NCBI RefSeq assembly: GCF_030684315.1
Contig: NC_081382.1
Coordinates: forward strand, 12,091,267 to 12,155,266
Source: Stegostoma tigrinum
Taxonomy: Eukaryota
Length of the DNA: 64,000 nucleotides
Direction: 5' to 3'
Below the pieces are notes generated by a model. It saw only the letters and a list, made by a program, of their open reading frames with translations, was not told the origin of the DNA and searched no databases. The position numbers and the translations under genes are program-made. Below are positions 38,410 through 50,482 of this stretch, piece after piece; position 1 is the stretch's first letter; every line of letters begins with the position of its first letter.

Positions 38410-38630
38410 CCACTACACACTGAACTACCTACTATACTGCTGAAATATCTCTCAGATAGGACTTTAAAATGAGGTTCTGCCTGCTGGCTCAATTGAATAT
38501 AAAACAGTAGCACTATTCAGTGAAAAACAGAGGACTATAGCCCAGTGTCTTTGTTAATATTTCTTTTCGAGCCATAATCACTGACACGTTATCTGATTAT
38601 TACCACGCTGTTGCTTGTGGTAGTTTACTT
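38410..38630 (+). mobile_element. Deu-domain SINE fragment, old
   Basis: GCACTATTC..AAAACAGAGG..CCAGTGTC..AATATTT..TTATCTGATTATTACCAC.CTGTTGCTTGTGG. Confidence 0.5.
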
Positions 38631-39239
38631 CAAACATGATAAAAGCTGACTTCAAAAGTAATTAATTCTTTGGAAAATACTTTACATTGTACCGAGGTCA
38701 TGAAGTGCACGATATGGATGTTAGCTTTTCTTTCCATCTTTCTTTCTTTTGACAACAAGCTGATTAAGTGGGCCATGTTTTCTCTCCGGAATGTTTTTCT
38801 GGTGTCTGGATGATGAGGTTCCCATTTATTTGCCTCTTTAAAGGGTATGGTTAAGGCAGTGTTTTGAAGTCTTAGTTTGACAGCCTGCATTTGCAGAATT
38901 ATTAATCAGTCAAAACTTTGGGGTGTTGTCATGCTCATAATTCATTCTGCCTCTGTAAGCACCATAAAACACCAGAGAACAAAATGCTGTGCAGGCACAT
39001 GCAGTAAATCAGCAAACTGCTGGAATTCTGAACAGATGAGCTAGTTTAGAGTTTTATAATAGGATTCACTGATATGAAAGTTTTTTTTGTGGTTTAGTGT
39101 TTTCCTTTCACTTGTGTTGCTGTAAAAAGTAATCATAGTAAACTGCAAATTAAAATGACTGTGTAAATCAAAGGTTACTGCAGGTTTTGTTTTCCATCTC
39201 TTGTTTGTGACTTGTGGTGCATTGAATCACACTGATAAG

Positions 39240-39510
39240 GAATGTGTTTCAAATTAGCTGACAGAAAAATTTATACACTACAAGGTTCCACAATGTAGCG
39301 ATGTGATAATGACTACATAATCTTCTTTTAGCTAATGATGTCAATATTGGCTACAATGCCATGATTAACTTTCTGGATTTTTTCAAAGTAGTGCCGTAGG
39401 GACTAGTTTACCCATGTGAAATGATATGGAACTCCATTTAATGTTTAATTCAGCGATAACATCTCGAATCGCACAGTGCTCCCTCCACACAGCATTGGTG
39501 TGACAACCTA
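39240..39510 (-). mobile_element. Deu-domain SINE fragment, old
   Basis: GCGATGTGATAATGAC, AATATTGGC, TTCAAAGTAGTGCCGTAGG and CAGTGCTCCCTC match the reverse complement of the Deu core. Confidence 0.5.
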
Positions 39511-42500
39511 GCATACACTGAGTTTGCTAACACTTAGCATCATGTGTAGTAGCAGCAAAATCTTTGACATAAATTGAAATAAAAAATGATAAAAGTCCTT
39601 AAGTATAAAAGAAAAAAATTTAAAAAGAGAAAACAATCTATTAAATGCAGCAGTTTTCAAAAAGTTTTTACAATTGGCTTTTAATTGTGTGTGTCTGTGT
39701 ACATGTTAAAGATAAGTTAGAGGTGAGCACACTGCCAGAGATATTTCAACGGGTTCAGACAAGCCATGTACAGGTGGGTCTTGAGCTAAACCCTGCTGTC
39801 CTAAAGGTAGGGACGCTACCACTGCACCATTAGCACGCTTCATGTTTGGTGGGATTTATTCCTGGATGATTGGTGTTAGGAGAAACTCAAAAATGTGTAC
39901 TAAAGTCTCACGAATTGGAACTTGAGCCCACACCCATTTGACAAGAAAAACTACCATTCAGCTGCAACTGCTGTCTAAATAATTAATTTTTATTGATGAT
40001 GGGCAGAAGCCTTAAGCTTTTGAGTTCCTTCTGATTACCTTTCCTGGTCTGTCTGCCAATAGCATCCTGCTAAACCGTGATTCTGCAGGGACTGCTATTC
40101 CCCACCAGTATTTCATCAAACTGAACATTGCATGTGATTTTGAACAACCAACTTTCAAAGACAACTCAACAGAATGGGGCACTTTCTGAATGACAAAGAC
40201 AACCAATGTGGAGTCAATGTTATAAGCTTAATGTCGAAACAGTCTGCTGAATTTAACTTCAAGGTTAGAGACTTTTAGCAAAACTCCATTTTACAGGCAT
40301 TAGAATAATTTATAAATCAGGTTAACTTTTGGATAAGTGCTTTGATATTTATTTATTCATTCTAATATTAGAGTACTTAATGTAATGTGTGAATCTTTCT
40401 GTTTTAAGAAGTTTAGACCAATTTCTTTTAAGTAGGTTAATGGTTCCCCTAAAGTAGCATGCATGGTTTAGATTGGATTATTCCAAATCCAAGGCAAAAG
40501 CCAGTAACTTAATCCCTTTTTTCTTAGTAAAATGTGGTGTGAAATGATCATTCAGCAATAATTCTCTGGGCAGGAGCACCAGGGAGGCTGCCACGCATGT
40601 CCAGTTATAGCAAGCGTTCCATGCATAATTCACTGTTATTTTATAAAAGTCGGAAAAGGCCAAGTGTATTAATGCTACAGCAACTGAACATTTTACAGAT
40701 GTCAATGGAATTATTTTACAGCTGCATCAAGTCTGAAGTTGTTCTCATTTGGAAGGGCTGAATACAAGTGGACAGCTGATCAAATTCTGAATTCTGACAT
40801 CAGTAAGTGAGTTGAGCCAGTTGATCCTTTATCCAAAACCACCTGAAATTAAACTATTATGTACTGAGGAGAAAGTCATTTTCTTTACGTAGCGTCATCG
40901 AATCAGCCTTGTTTGGAAAGCATTCTGAACTCCTCGGTTTTCAAATAATCACTCCAGCTCTTTTCCTCAATGCAAAGCAATTAATTATATAAATTTCAAC
41001 GTGCAAAATGAAAACAATCTTCACTCTGCAAAGATCCTGCCTACTTAGAGATTGGCTTGAAAAGTGAAACAAATCTGTTTGATAGTGTAGGACTTCAGAT
41101 GTAATGGATGGTTTAGATATAACTATTCTGCGGTGGTAAGTGAAGTATTAATTTTTGGTTTGATTGGTGGGTGTTAGTATGGGAAAAAAACTTTGTGCTG
41201 ACTCCCACAGTGGAATACAACAAATCAATCAAGAATGTCTAATTTTGTTTAATCTTTGTATTACAGACCTGCTTCTTTCTGACCTCCCAGTCTCCCAACT
41301 TGAGGAACATGTTCTGAGATGATGCCTTAAGCACAAGCTGCAGCTGCAAGGTGCAGCTCTGAATCATATTTTAAATATTATTAGAAGCTTTAGATTGTCA
41401 GAAATCTTCACCAATGCAGAATATTTGTCACTGCTTTGAGGTAAATTGGCAGGGCATAATCGAATTTATTATAGAGACTTTGTACTCTCAGACATCCATG
41501 TGTTTCACACTGTGGGGCCCGGCACTCTTATTGGAGATGTTAGCTGGGACTAATGGTTAATGTTTATCCTTGTGTTCAGGGGTGAACCGGTGAGTCTGGT
41601 TGTCTCTTAATAGCTCTGCAGTTCTATGCCGTAGAATCACACTGTGCAAAAGAGATCCTTAAATGGCTCTGCAGTAATCTGTACATGTTTCATAATAACC
41701 TTTTATTTATAGACTCATGCTATACACAGCCATGGAACTGCGCCAGGTCAGAAGATCTCCACAAGTTCCCACTCTCAGATCTCCCATTAGTTATTAGATA
41801 TTAAGTTATCATTTCATGATGACCTTGGAGAGTAATGTTGTTAACCCAATAATCCAAAGTAACACTCAAAATACACAGGGGCAGATTAACTCACCTCCAA
41901 AGTTCCAAAAAATCAGGAAAATGTCATCATAAGGAGCAATCAGTTGGAGAAAAGTGATTTCCGCAAGTGTTACTGAGTGACTTTGTGAGGACCTGCTCAT
42001 CCAATCGTACATTAAGATATCTCAGACATTCATTCAGAGTGAGACTGCCTGCAGCAGATGTAAGACAGAAACAGCCTATGATTGGAGCAGTGTAAAGAGG
42101 GTGAGCGGTGACAGTGATTCGACTGACAAGGCCCAGGATGGGTGGGATTTGTAGGGATGGGAAAAAAAATTGGCAAGGCCTCAGGAATGAGGCTGCAAAA
42201 CCAGAAGTGAGTGAGGCCACAGGACTCTGGAGTGTGGGATGAAAGGCTGTGGATGGTGCAGTGGGCTGCAAAAACAGAATGATGTGGTGCAAAGTCTGCA
42301 AAGAGAACAGAGCAAATTTAAATCTTTCAGATCAGGATGCTATTGTAAAGGGCACTGTACTAATTGGATAGCTTAATACAGAATAGTTGATGTCATAATG
42401 TCTTACACTTACGTGTTATCTCAACTCAAGGCATCTTGTATACTATGAATTATTTGAGGTGTAGTGTCGGGATTAGAGATAAACATACAAACAAATTGCT

Positions 42501-42554
42501 TTAACCTAGAGAATCTGTGGAAAGCTGGGTTTTGAAGAGAGGTTATTGTGGGTG

Positions 42555-43555
42555 CATGAGTCAATTATAGTGATGGAGAGTTGCTTTTCAGATTGGATGC
42601 CTGGGATCAGCGATGTGCCACATGGCTCAGCATTGGGTCTACTGCTTTTTGCCATTTATGTAAATGATTTGGATGCGAACATAGAAGATATGGTTAGTAT
42701 GTGTACAGATGGAAATAAAATTGGAGGTGCACTGGACAGTAAAGAAGGTTAGTCACAGTAAAACAGGATCTTGATCAAATGGGCCAATGGCTGATGAGTG
42801 GTAGACGGAGTTTAATTTGGATAAAAGTGAGATGCTGCATTTTGGAAAGGCAAAACAAAGAGACCCTGGAGTGCAAGTTCATTGTTCTTTGGAAGTGGAG
42901 TCCCAGGTCATCAAGGTAGTGAGGAAGGTGCTTGATACGCGTGCCTTTATTGGCCAGTGCATTGAGTGTAAGAGTTGGGAGGTCATGCTGTAGCTGTACA
43001 GGACACAAGTTAGGTCAATAATGGGATACTGCATATAATTCTGGTCTCCCTGCTATAGGAAGGATGTTGTGAAACTTGAAAGGGTTCAGGAAAGAATGTT
43101 GCCAGAGTTTGAGGGTTTAAGCTATAGGGAGAGGCTGAATAGGTTGGGGTTATTTCCTTGGAGTGTCGGAGGCTGAGCGGTGACCTTGCAAAGGTTTATA
43201 AAATCGTGAGGGGCATGGATAGATTAGATAGACAGGGTCTTTTCCCCAGGTTGGGGTAGTCCAAAACTATGGGGCATAAGTTTAAGCTGAAAGGGGGAAG
43301 ATTTAAAAGGGAACTTAGTAGGCAACTTTTTTATTCAGAGGTGGTGCAGTATGGAATGACCTACCAGAGGAAGTGGTGGACGCTGATACAATTGCAACAT
43401 TTAAAAGGCATCTGAGTGCAAATATGAATAGGAAGGGTTTGAGGGATATGGGCCAAATGCGGGGCTCACAGGACTAGGTTTATTTAGGATAGCTGGTCGG
43501 CATGGCTGAGTAGGCCAAAGGGTCTGTTTCTGTGCTGTACGACTCTATGACTCTA
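42555..43555 (+). mobile_element. 5'-truncated CR1/HER1-like LINE, degenerate
   Basis: DVPHGSALGLLLFAIYVNDLD and the tail GACTCTATGACTCTA. Same family as 12545-13752. Confidence 0.9.
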
Positions 43556-43877
43556 AAAAGAAATTTATCTTGTTTACTTCTGCTTCTTATATTGTGCCAT
43601 ATTAACTATGGTGTTGTCTGGAAAATTAATGCTTTCCTTGTGTGTAGTTACTTTAAGTTTAATGGAGTGAGTATGATTGTTGAAGATATCGCTGTGTTCT
43701 TCTAAATTGTTTTTTTCCTGAGTCCAAATATCCCATATCTCAACATAAATACAGAACATAGTGCTACAATGTCACTGCATCACCAGAGCAGTTCGGGAGA
43801 ATGAGAAAGGAGCCCTTGGAAATCAAAGAGCCGTTGGGAGAAAAACATGTTTAGACCCCTGTTTCACAGTTTGCATG

Positions 43878-44283
43878 TCTGAATCAAAAAATTTTAGTTC
43901 ATAGTCTCAATGAGGAGACTTGAGGGTGCAATCTCAGCTGACAATTTAGTGTAGTAGAGAACCACAATAACAGGTGCTGTCTTTGTGATGTTGTGTTAAT
44001 TCAAGGTCTTCACACCCGTTGCTGATAAATTTAAATGTTTTCATGATGCTATGTTGAAGGAGAACATGGGAATTCTTCCCTCTGTCCCGATGAATATTTA
44101 TCCATCAACCAACATCACTAAAACAGGTTGTTTGGCTGTTCTTATACTGCTGTTTGTGGAACCTTGTAGTTCCACATTTTTGACATTACAGCTGTGCCTA
44201 TACTCCAGCAAAGTGTTTAACTGACTGTAAAGCACTTTGGAGCATCCTGAGGGCACTATATAAAAGTAAGCCCTTCCTTTTCT
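43878..44283 (+). mobile_element. Deu-domain SINE (SacSINE1-like), nearly full length
   Basis: GAGACTTGAG..GCTGACA..AGGTGCTGTCTTT..AATATTTATCCATCAACCAACATCACTAAAACAG..TGCTGTTTGTGG..CTGTAAAGCACTTTG..GGCACTATATAAA. Confidence 0.65.
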
Positions 44284-44959
44284 GCCACCACAAAGAAATA
44301 GTACAACGTTGAATCCCAGCTCTATTGACATCGTACGATTTGTTGAGTTGAGATCAGTGGCTGATATAGTGGAACAAAATTCTGCCATGAGTTACCAATG
44401 TATTATAAGAGTCACTACCATACAAGTACATCTTCACACTTATTTCGCTGATCATTAAGGTAAAAATGCTACTTGCTCGTCGTGTTTGTAACTTTCTTTA
44501 TCCACTGAACTTCATTTCTCCTGAGATGTCAGGAGGTACATAATATTAACTGCTAAATAATGCAATCACTTATTGTGAAAACTCACTAATACCCTTCTGT
44601 TATTCGGGTCAAATAACTAATGCTTACATATTTTAAAGTGAATATGGTGCTTTCAAATCACAGGAGAAATGATTTCAGTGGAATGGAATACTTAAACTTG
44701 AAGCACAAGTTTGGAAATGCAAAAATCAATTTAAATGGGTTATTTGTAGAAGCTAAAGTGAGTATAATTTAAATATTTAGGAGATGTAGCTAGAGAGAGC
44801 TCAGCTGTAAAAGAAACATTACATTATGAATGAGAATAATTGTTAATGTGCCATGTTTTTAGCTAAAGAACTTAAGACACAAAAATGCACATTTGTCAAA
44901 CTTAAAAGACTGATCTTTGCCCTGCACCCATCCCAATTCACGCAAATGTAAAACAAAGA

Positions 44960-45112
44960 GCTGCATGTGCTGGAGATCAGAGACAAAAAGAGAAATTACT
45001 GAAAACATCAGTGGGATGGAAGCAGAGTTATTGGTTCAAGTCTGGTTCTGATGAAGGGTGGCTTGACTCAAAATGTTGAGTTTCTCCAGTAACTTGTCTT
45101 TTTTTCCCAGAT
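44960..45112. mobile_element. Highly decayed PLE fold-back with HHR-like motif
   Basis: Tail-like CTGCATGTGCTGGAGATC, then CTGATGAAGGGTGGCTTGACTCAAAATGTT at about 45048-45077, with weak inverted arms. Confidence 0.5.
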
Positions 45113-46590
45113 CACCCAGAAATTGGCTGTCCAATATGGGACAATATCTTTTCCGTGGTGAAAGCTAGCTAAGTGCCATGGCCCATAATCTGCGATAGTA
45201 TCAAAGTTAACAAGAGAATTGAGATAATTCAATAAGTCATTTTATAATGTTATCCATATTTCAAGTTTGCGGATTGTAGTTAAAAAGGAAAACAAAGGAA
45301 TGTTACAGTTTTGAGCTTCTGGAAACCTATGTATTAGTGTTTGAGATGGAATAACTTGAATACAGAAAATGTGCTTAGAGGAATGGCATGTAACTTTATA
45401 CTTTGAGCTTTGCGCGGAAAAGAAAGGACATCTTAAAGAGACAAAAATAAGGATGTATATGTATTCAAACAAAATGGAAGCTAGAGATAATAAAATGATC
45501 TTTGATCAAAAATCTCTTTCTTGGGTCTACCTAGTGCCTCATACTAGACAATCTCAAAAATAATGTCTTCAAATGCTAATGCAATTCGTTTAATAAAATT
45601 TGCTTTACACACCACTCCCATTTTTGCTGAGCAGAAAAGATAATGGAATAAACATTTTTGCCAAATTGTGTGTAGCCTGCTGCTGGTTGTTTTCAGCAAT
45701 CAGTTAAATTGAGTGCAAGATTCCACTTATTCCTGTTGATTTTTAGGCGTTCAGCTCTGACCGAGTTGTTGTACTCTCATTTCTGCCTTAGATGATTGTG
45801 AATTCAATACACAACCCAACAACTTGACTGTTTGATGTAAGCTGATCCTCCAGAGAATGATTTATATGTTTGTATTGATTGGGGAAACAGTGCATTGTCA
45901 GAGGAATCCTCTCAGATTGAATTAGATCCTATGGCATTACTTAATGAAGAGCCAGAAGGTGTTCTTTCCAAAACTTTGTTATTCACAAATGCCTACATTA
46001 AATTATCTGTTTGTACATTTCATTATTGTTTGCAGGAGTTTGCCGCTTACCTACAACAATGCCATCTTCAAAAATAATCAATTGACTCTAAAGACATTGT
46101 ACAAATACAAACTGTCCTTTCTTCTCTGAAAGCTGTTCTTGTATAAAACTATCCCACTGCAGGTTCATTATTTGTACATGTTTTTAACACTGACTCATAA
46201 GCTGGCTTCCAGTGCTAAACCAGCCTGAATGATAGAAAGGAAATATTTCAGAGTGAGATAACAAAGTGTAGAGCTGGATGAACACAGCAGGCCAAGTAGC
46301 ATCAGAGGAGCAGGATCTAGACCCTTCTTGAGAAATGGGGGAGGAGGAGGGGGTTCTGAAATAAATAGGGAGAGAGGGGGAGGCGGACAGAAGATGGATA
46401 GAGGAGAAGATAGGTGGAGAGGAGAAAGACAGGTCAAAGAGGCGGGGATGGAGCCAATAAAAGTTGAGTGTAGGTGGGGAAATAGTATCAGAGATAATGG
46501 GAACTGCAGATGCTGGAGAATTCCAAGATAATAAAATGTGAGGCTGGATGAACACAGCAGACCAAGCAGCATCTCAGGAGCACAAAAGCC

Positions 46591-46618
46591 GACGTTTCGG
46601 GCCTAGACCCTTCATCAG
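46591..46618 (-). ncRNA. Minimal hammerhead ribozyme motif, core intact
   Basis: Reverse complement CTGATGA-A-GGGTCTAGGCCC-GAAAC-GTC. Confidence 0.8.
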
Positions 46619-46842
46619 AGAGGGGGATGGGGAGAGGGAGCTGGAATAAATAGGGAGAGAGGGGGAGGCGGACCGAAGATGGAGAGTAAAGAAGATAGGT
46701 GGAGAGAGTATAGGTGGGGAGGTAGGGAGGGGATAGGTCAGTCCAGGGAAGACGGACAGGTCAAGGAGGTGGGATGAGGTTAGTAGGTAGCTGGGGGTGC
46801 GGTTTGGTGTGGGAGGAAGGGATGGGTGAGAGGAAGAGCCGG

Positions 46843-48731
46843 TTAGGGAGGCAGAGACAGGTTGGACTGGTTTTGGGATGCAGTGGGTGGGGGAGAAGAG
46901 CTGGGCTGGTTGTGTGGTGCAGTGGGGGGAGGGGATGAACTAGGCTGGTTTAGGGATGCAGTAGGGGAAGGGGAGATTTTGAAACTGGTGAAGTCCACAT
47001 TGATACCATATGGCTGCAGGGTTCCCAGGCGGAATATGAATTGCTGTTCCTGCAACCTTCGGGTGGCATAATTGTGGCAGTGCAGGAGGCCCATGATGGA
47101 CATGTCATCTAGAGAATGGGAGGGGGAGTGGAAATGGTTTGCGACTGGGAGGTGCAGTTGTTTGTTGCGAACTGAGCGGAGGTGTTCTGCAAAGCGGTCT
47201 CCAAGCCTCCGCTTGGTTTCCCCAATGTAGAGGAAGCCGCACCGGGTACAATGGATGCAGTATACCACATTGGCAGATGTGCAGGTGAACCTCTGCTTAA
47301 TGTGGAATGTCATCTTGGGGCCTGCGATAGGGGTGAGGGAGGAGGTGTGGGGACAAGTGTAGCATTTCCTGCGGTTGCAGGGGAAGGTGCCGGGTGTGGT
47401 GGGGTTGGAGGGCAGTGTGGAGCGAACAAGGGAGTCACGGAGAGAGTGGTCTCTCCGGAAAGCAGACAGGGGAGGGGATGGAAAAATGTCTTGGGTGGTG
47501 GGGTCGGATTGTAAATGGCGGAAGTGTCGGAGGATGATGCGTTGTATCCGGAGGTTGGTAGGGTGGTGTGTGAGAACGAGGGGGATCCTCTTGGGGCGGT
47601 TGTGGCGGGGGCGGGGTGTGAGGGATGTGTTGCGGGAAATACGGGAGACGCAGTCAAGGGCATTCTCGATCACTGTGGGGGGAAAGTTGCGGCCCTTAAA
47701 GAACTTGGACATCTGGGATGTGCGGGAGTGGAATGTCTTATCGTGGGAGCAGATGCGGCGGAGGCGGAGGAATTGGGAATAGGGGATGGAATTTTTGCAG
47801 GAGGGTGGGTGGGAGGAGGTGTATTCTAGGTAGCTGTGGGAGTCGGTGGGCTTGAAATGGACATCAGTTACAAGCTGGTTGCCTGAGATGGAGACTGACA
47901 GGTCCAGGAAGGTGAGAGATGTGCTGGAGATGGCCCAGGTGAACTGAAGGTTGGGGTGGAAGGTGTTGGTGAAGTGGATGAACTGTTCAAGCTCCTCTGG
48001 GGAGCAAGAGGCGGCGCCGATACAATCATCAATGTACCGTAGGAAGAGGTGGGGTTTGGGGCCTGTGTAGGTGCGGAAGAGGGACTGTTCCACGTAACCT
48101 ACAAAGAGGCAGGCATAGCTGGGGCCCATGCGGGTGCCCATGGCCACCCCCTTAGTCTGTAGGAAGTAGGAGGAGTCAAAAGAGAAGTTGTTGAGTGTGA
48201 GGACGAGTTCAGCTAGGCGGATGAGAGTGTCGGTGGAGGGGGACTGGTCGGGCCTGCGGGACAGGAAGAAGCGGAGGGCCTTGAGGCCATCTCCATGCGG
48301 AATGCAGGTGTACAGGGACTGGGCGTCCATGGTGAATATGAGGTGTTGTGGGCCAGGGAATTGGAAGTCCTGGAGGAGGTGGAGGGCGTGGGTGGTGTCA
48401 CGGACGTAGGTGGGGAGTTCCTGGACCAAAGGGGAGAAAATGGAGTCCAGATAGTGGAGATGAGTTTGGTGGGGCAGGAGCAGGCTGAGACGATGGGTCG
48501 GCCAGGGCAGGCAGGTTTGTGGATTTTGGGAAGGAGATAGAAACGGGCCGTGCGGGGTTGGGGAACAATGAGGTTGGAGGCTATGGGTGGGAGGTCCCCT
48601 GAGGTAATGAGATCGTGAATGGTGTTGGAGATGATGGTTTGGTGCTCGGGTGTGGGGTCATGATCGAGGAGGCGGTAGGAGGTGGTGTCGGAGAGTTGGC
48701 GTCTGGCCTCGGCGATGTAGAGGTCAGTGCG
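46843..48731 (-). pseudogene. PLE RT + GIY-YIG endonuclease, 5'-truncated, one frameshift near 48450
   Basis: LPKIHK, GRPIVS, DAQSLYT, GVAMG, RYIDD, FLDL; Cys linker CNRRKCYTC; VVYCIHCTRC..YIGETKR. Confidence 0.95.
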
Positions 48732-50232
48732 CCTCATATTCACCATGGACGTCCAGTCCCTGTACACCTGCATTCCGCATGGAGATGGCCTCAAGGCCCT
48801 CCGTTTCTTCCTGTCCCGCAGGCCCGACCAGTCCCACTCCACCGACACTCTCATCCGCCTAGCTGAACTCGTCCTCACACTCAACAACTTCTCTTTTGAC
48901 TCCTCCCACTTCCTACAGACTAAGGGGATGGCCATGGGCACCCGCATGGGCCCCAACTATGCCTGCCGCTTTGTTGGTTACGTGGAACAGTCCCTCTTCC
49001 GCACCTACACAGGCCCCAAACCCTACCTCTTCCTACGGTACGTTGATGACTGTATTGGCGCCACCTCTTGCTCCCCAGAGGAGCTTGAACAGTTCATCCA
49101 CTTCACCAACACCTTCCACCCCAACCTTCAGTTCACCTGGGCCATCTCCAGCACATCCCTCACCTTCCTGGGCCTGTCAGTCTCCATCTCAGGCAACCAG
49201 CTTGTAACTGATGTCCATTTCAAGCCCACCGACTCCCACAGCTACCTAGAATACACCTCCTCCCACCCACCCTCCTGCAAAAATTCCATCCCCTATTCCC
49301 AATTCCTCCGCCTCCGCCGCATCTGCTCCCACGATAAGACATTCCACTCCCGCACATCCCAGATGTCCAAGTTCTTTAAGGGCCGCAACTTTCCCCCCAC
49401 AGTGATCGAGAACGCCCTTGACCGCGTCTCCCGTATTTCCCGCAACACATCCCTCACACCCCGCCCCCGCCATAACCGCCCCAAGAGGATCCCCCTCCTT
49501 CTCACACACCACCCTACCAACCTCCGGATACAACGCATCATCCTCCGACACTTCCGCCATTTACAATCCGACCCCACCACCCAAGACATTTTTCCATCCC
49601 CTCCCCTGTCTGCTTTCCGGAGAGACCACTCTCTCCGTGACTCCCTTGTTCGCTCCACACTGCCCTCCAACCCCACCACACCCGGCACCTTCCCCTGCAA
49701 CCGCAGGAAATGCTGCACTTGTCCCCACACCTCCTCCCTCACCCCTATCGCAGGCCCCAAGATGACATTCCACATTAAGCAGAGGTTCACCTGCACATCT
49801 GCCAATGTGGTATACTGCATCCATTGTACCCGGTGCGGCTTCCTCTACATTGGGGAAACCAAGCGGAGGCTTGGAGACCGCTTTGCAGAACACCTCCGCT
49901 CAGTTCGCAACAAACAACTGCACCTCCCAGTCGCAAACCATTTCCACTCCCCCTCCCATTCTCTAGATGACATGTCCATCATGGGCCTCCTGCACTGCCA
50001 CAATGATGCCACCCGAAGGTTGCAGGAACAGCAACTCATATTCCGCCTGGGAACCCTGCGGCCATATGTTGTCAATGTTGACTTCACCAGTTTCAAAATC
50101 TCCCCTTCCCCTACTGCATCCCTAAACCAGCCTAGTTCATCCCCTCCCCCCACTGCACCACACAACCAGCCCAGCTCTTCCCCCCCACCCACTGCATCCC
50201 AAAACCAGTCCAACCTGTCTCTGCCTCCCTAA
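48732..50232 (+). pseudogene. PLE RT + GIY-YIG endonuclease, inverted second copy, 5'-truncated but uninterrupted (~500 aa)
   Basis: DVQSLYT, GMAMG, RYVDD, YIGETKR. There is no natural start; the frame begins at the inversion junction. Confidence 0.95.
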
Positions 50233-50454
50233 CCGGTTCTTCCTCTCACCCATCCCTTCCTCCCACCCCAAGCCGCACCCCCAGCTACCTACTAACCTCA
50301 TCCCACCTCCTTGACCTGTCCGTCTTCCCTGGACTGACCTATCCCTTCCCTACCTCCCCACCTATACTCTCTCCACCTATCTTCTTTACTCTCCATCTTC
50401 GGTCCGCCTCCCCCTATCCCTATTTATTCCAGCGCCCTCTTCCCATCCCCCTCT

Positions 50455-50482
50455 CTGATGAAGGGTCTAGGCCCGAAACATC
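50455..50482 (+). ncRNA. Minimal hammerhead ribozyme motif (GUC changed to AUC)
   Basis: CTGATGA-A-GGGTCTAGGCCC-GAAAC-ATC. Confidence 0.7.

Noticed and set aside
47182-50213. Many overlapping 70-250 aa ORFs, including the chimeric 48213-48956 ORF
   Set aside because: They are antisense or alternative frames of GC-rich PLE sequence, and the chimera simply reads through the inversion junction.
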